24,000 nucleotides of DNA from Candidatus Lokiarchaeum ossiferum (GTDB taxonomy: Archaea; Asgardarchaeota; Lokiarchaeia; Sigyniarchaeales; Promethearchaeaceae). How positions within the stretch are numbered: position 1 is the stretch's first letter; every line of letters starts with the position of its first letter. Under the pieces are notes generated by a model. The model was not told the DNA's origin, did no database searches, and saw only the letters and a program-made list of their open reading frames with translations. The stretch spans positions 1,827,553 through 1,851,552 of the forward strand of contig CP104013.1 in the NCBI GenBank assembly GCA_025839675.1. Direction: 5' to 3'. The position numbers and the translations under genes were made by a program. This document shows positions 22,539-24,000 of this stretch, in pieces.

Positions 22539-23057
22539 TTACTCATTTAAAAAGGGAGATATATAACTCTCAGGTAAGATCTGCAGATCCTTAAATAATT
22601 GAATGACCGTTTTTGTTAAATTATATTTGTTTAGTTCATTAAATGGCACAAATATTGCATCCAAAACGTCAGATTTAGCTTGAGGTTTTGGAGGATCATC
22701 TATTGTATATGTTCCATTAATTTTCATCCAATAATCACACAGAACGTAATGGTATTCCACTTTGCCTTCCAAATCATGATCTATTTTATCAATCACGCTA
22801 GCTAATTCACCCAAGGATAAATCCAAACCAGTCTCTTCAACACATTCGCGTAATGCACCTGGTCCGGCTTGTTCTCCCAACTTTAAATGCCCTCCTGGAA
22901 TCGCCCATAACCCCGCATTTGGCATATATTTTCGTTTAATAATTAAAACTTGCTTATTCCAAACAATTACACCACCCACTCCTATGTGAGGTCTAACAGG
23001 ATAATGCCGGAGATCATAATGCAATTTTTGCTCTTGGGAGAAGTTAGATTCTTTCAT
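22539..23057 (-). CDS. NUDIX hydrolase
   Basis: 172 aa. The Nudix box GGHLKLGEQAGPGALRECVEETGL fits Gx5Ex7REUxEExGU. Confidence 0.88.
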   Translation of the reverse strand: MKESNFSQEQKLHYDLRHYPVRPHIGVGGVIVWNKQVLIIKRKYMPNAGLWAIPGGHLKLGEQAGPGALRECVEETGLDLSLGELASVIDKIDHDLEGKVEYHYVLCDYWMKINGTYTIDDPPKPQAKSDVLDAIFVPFNELNKYNLTKTVIQLFKDLQILPESYISPFLNE

Positions 23058-23178
23058 CGTTATCTAAAATATTCTAAAAAAAAAAAGGTTGAGCAAAAAT
23101 CACTTAAAAATTTACCTCGATATTCTCAAATAAAGGAGAAAAACATTTTAACGAAATAAAAAAAAAGAGGAAAAAAAA

Positions 23179-24000
23179 CTATTTCTTCTCCTTATTATTA
23201 ATTAAAACTCCACCTATTGCTATAAAAGAAATAGGGAGGATTGATGCGAAACCTGGAATTTTACTTGAAGAGTCAATGACTGAGGAATCGTAGGAAATTG
23301 AAGTAACAAAATAATCATTGCTTCCTCTACATTCGCTTTGTGCTGCAGCTATGCAACTTATATCGGTAGATTTTGTATATCCCACGATTGAAATCCTTCC
23401 AAGAGGAGACACAGCTACGCTTTGACCTACATCGTATGCATTACCACCAAAATATGAAGACTTCTGCAAATTTTCACCAGATCCTCCAAAAATGGCATAA
23501 AACGCATCATTTGATCCTCCCTTAAAATCTGATTGAGTCGCATTAACAATAGGAAAATCACGCGAAGATGTTTTTCCAGTTAAAACAATATTTCCATTAG
23601 GATCAGCGGCAATTCCAGAACAAGAATCCATATTTGAACCGCCAAAATAGGTCGAAAAGCGTACAGTACGTCCATTTGAAGACAATTTCATTATGAAAGC
23701 ATCCTCGATTCCAGCAAGGCTATTTTGATAAGCATTTTTCACAGGAAAGTCCTCTGATTGAGTTGAACCACCAATGATAATGTTTCCAGAGTCATCTATA
23801 GCAACACAATTTGATAGGTCACTATTGCCACCACCTATGAAAGTTGAAAAGACTAAACTTCCAGTTGAGCTAAATTTAGCACATATTACATCAATCATCC
23901 CTTGTAGACTTCCCTTATAGGCACTTTTTGTAGGAAAATCTTCAGACATCGATCCTCCAACAATGATTGCATTATCTTCAGAATCAAAAACCAAATCCTT
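23179..24000 (-). CDS. Secreted SBBP-type beta-propeller repeat protein with a PGF-CTERM-like anchor (5' end outside the window)
   Basis: The frame stays open to position 24000; the track M at 23994 is a TTG codon. About 50-aa repeats of the form GGsxxDxxxxIAxDxxGNIxxxGxTxSxDFPxxNAxQ. C-terminus is a Ser-rich linker followed by PGFASILPISFIAIGGVLINNKEKK. Confidence 0.8.
   Translation of the reverse strand, partial: KDLVFDSEDNAIIVGGSMSEDFPTKSAYKGSLQGMIDVICAKFSSTGSLVFSTFIGGGNSDLSNCVAIDDSGNIIIGGSTQSEDFPVKNAYQNSLAGIEDAFIMKLSSNGRTVRFSTYFGGSNMDSCSGIAADPNGNIVLTGKTSSRDFPIVNATQSDFKGGSNDAFYAIFGGSGENLQKSSYFGGNAYDVGQSVAVSPLGRISIVGYTKSTDISCIAAAQSECRGSNDYFVTSISYDSSVIDSSSKIPGFASILPISFIAIGGVLINNKEKK

Noticed and set aside
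1-24000. CRISPR arrays, rRNA genes, prophage blocks or known defence-system gene pairs
   Set aside because: No regularly spaced direct repeats were seen, nor any cas, restriction-modification or toxin-antitoxin-like motifs. The NUDIX, zinc-ribbon and ABC-2 genes show no architecture matching a described defence system.

Overview
Visibly AT-rich archaeal chromosomal window, about 88% coding, with 21 chromosomal protein genes, a two-ORF insertion sequence, one tRNA and one riboswitch. Housekeeping genes: radA (with an unusual charged N-terminal extension), archaeal/eukaryotic-type tyrS, ppdK and tRNA-Arg(GCG). These are interleaved with eukaryotic-signature-type genes: a Roadblock/LC7 protein, a Rab-like small GTPase with an upstream coiled-coil/polyproline protein, and a canonical RING-H2 finger fused to TPR repeats. 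Together with the base composition this suggests an Asgard (Loki-like) archaeon; that is inference only. A thiamine salvage block is clear: a minus-strand TPP (THI-box) riboswitch leads a thiB-thiP-thiQ-type ABC importer, and a thiamine pyrophosphokinase lies nearby, translationally coupled to a SAM methyltransferase. Other content: an IS4/IS5-type element with the transposase split over two frames and a 12-bp perfect inverted repeat ending 3 nt from the tyrS stop; an AbgB-like M20 amidohydrolase; an ABC-2 exporter pair; a zinc-ribbon protein; a NUDIX hydrolase; and a partial SBBP beta-propeller surface protein with a PGF-CTERM-like anchor. No CRISPR array, rRNA or recognisable defence system was found. 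The most novel-looking item is speculative: the polyproline + WH2-like + acidic-tail protein next to the Rab-like GTPase. All calls rest on reading motifs by eye; no database searches were run.
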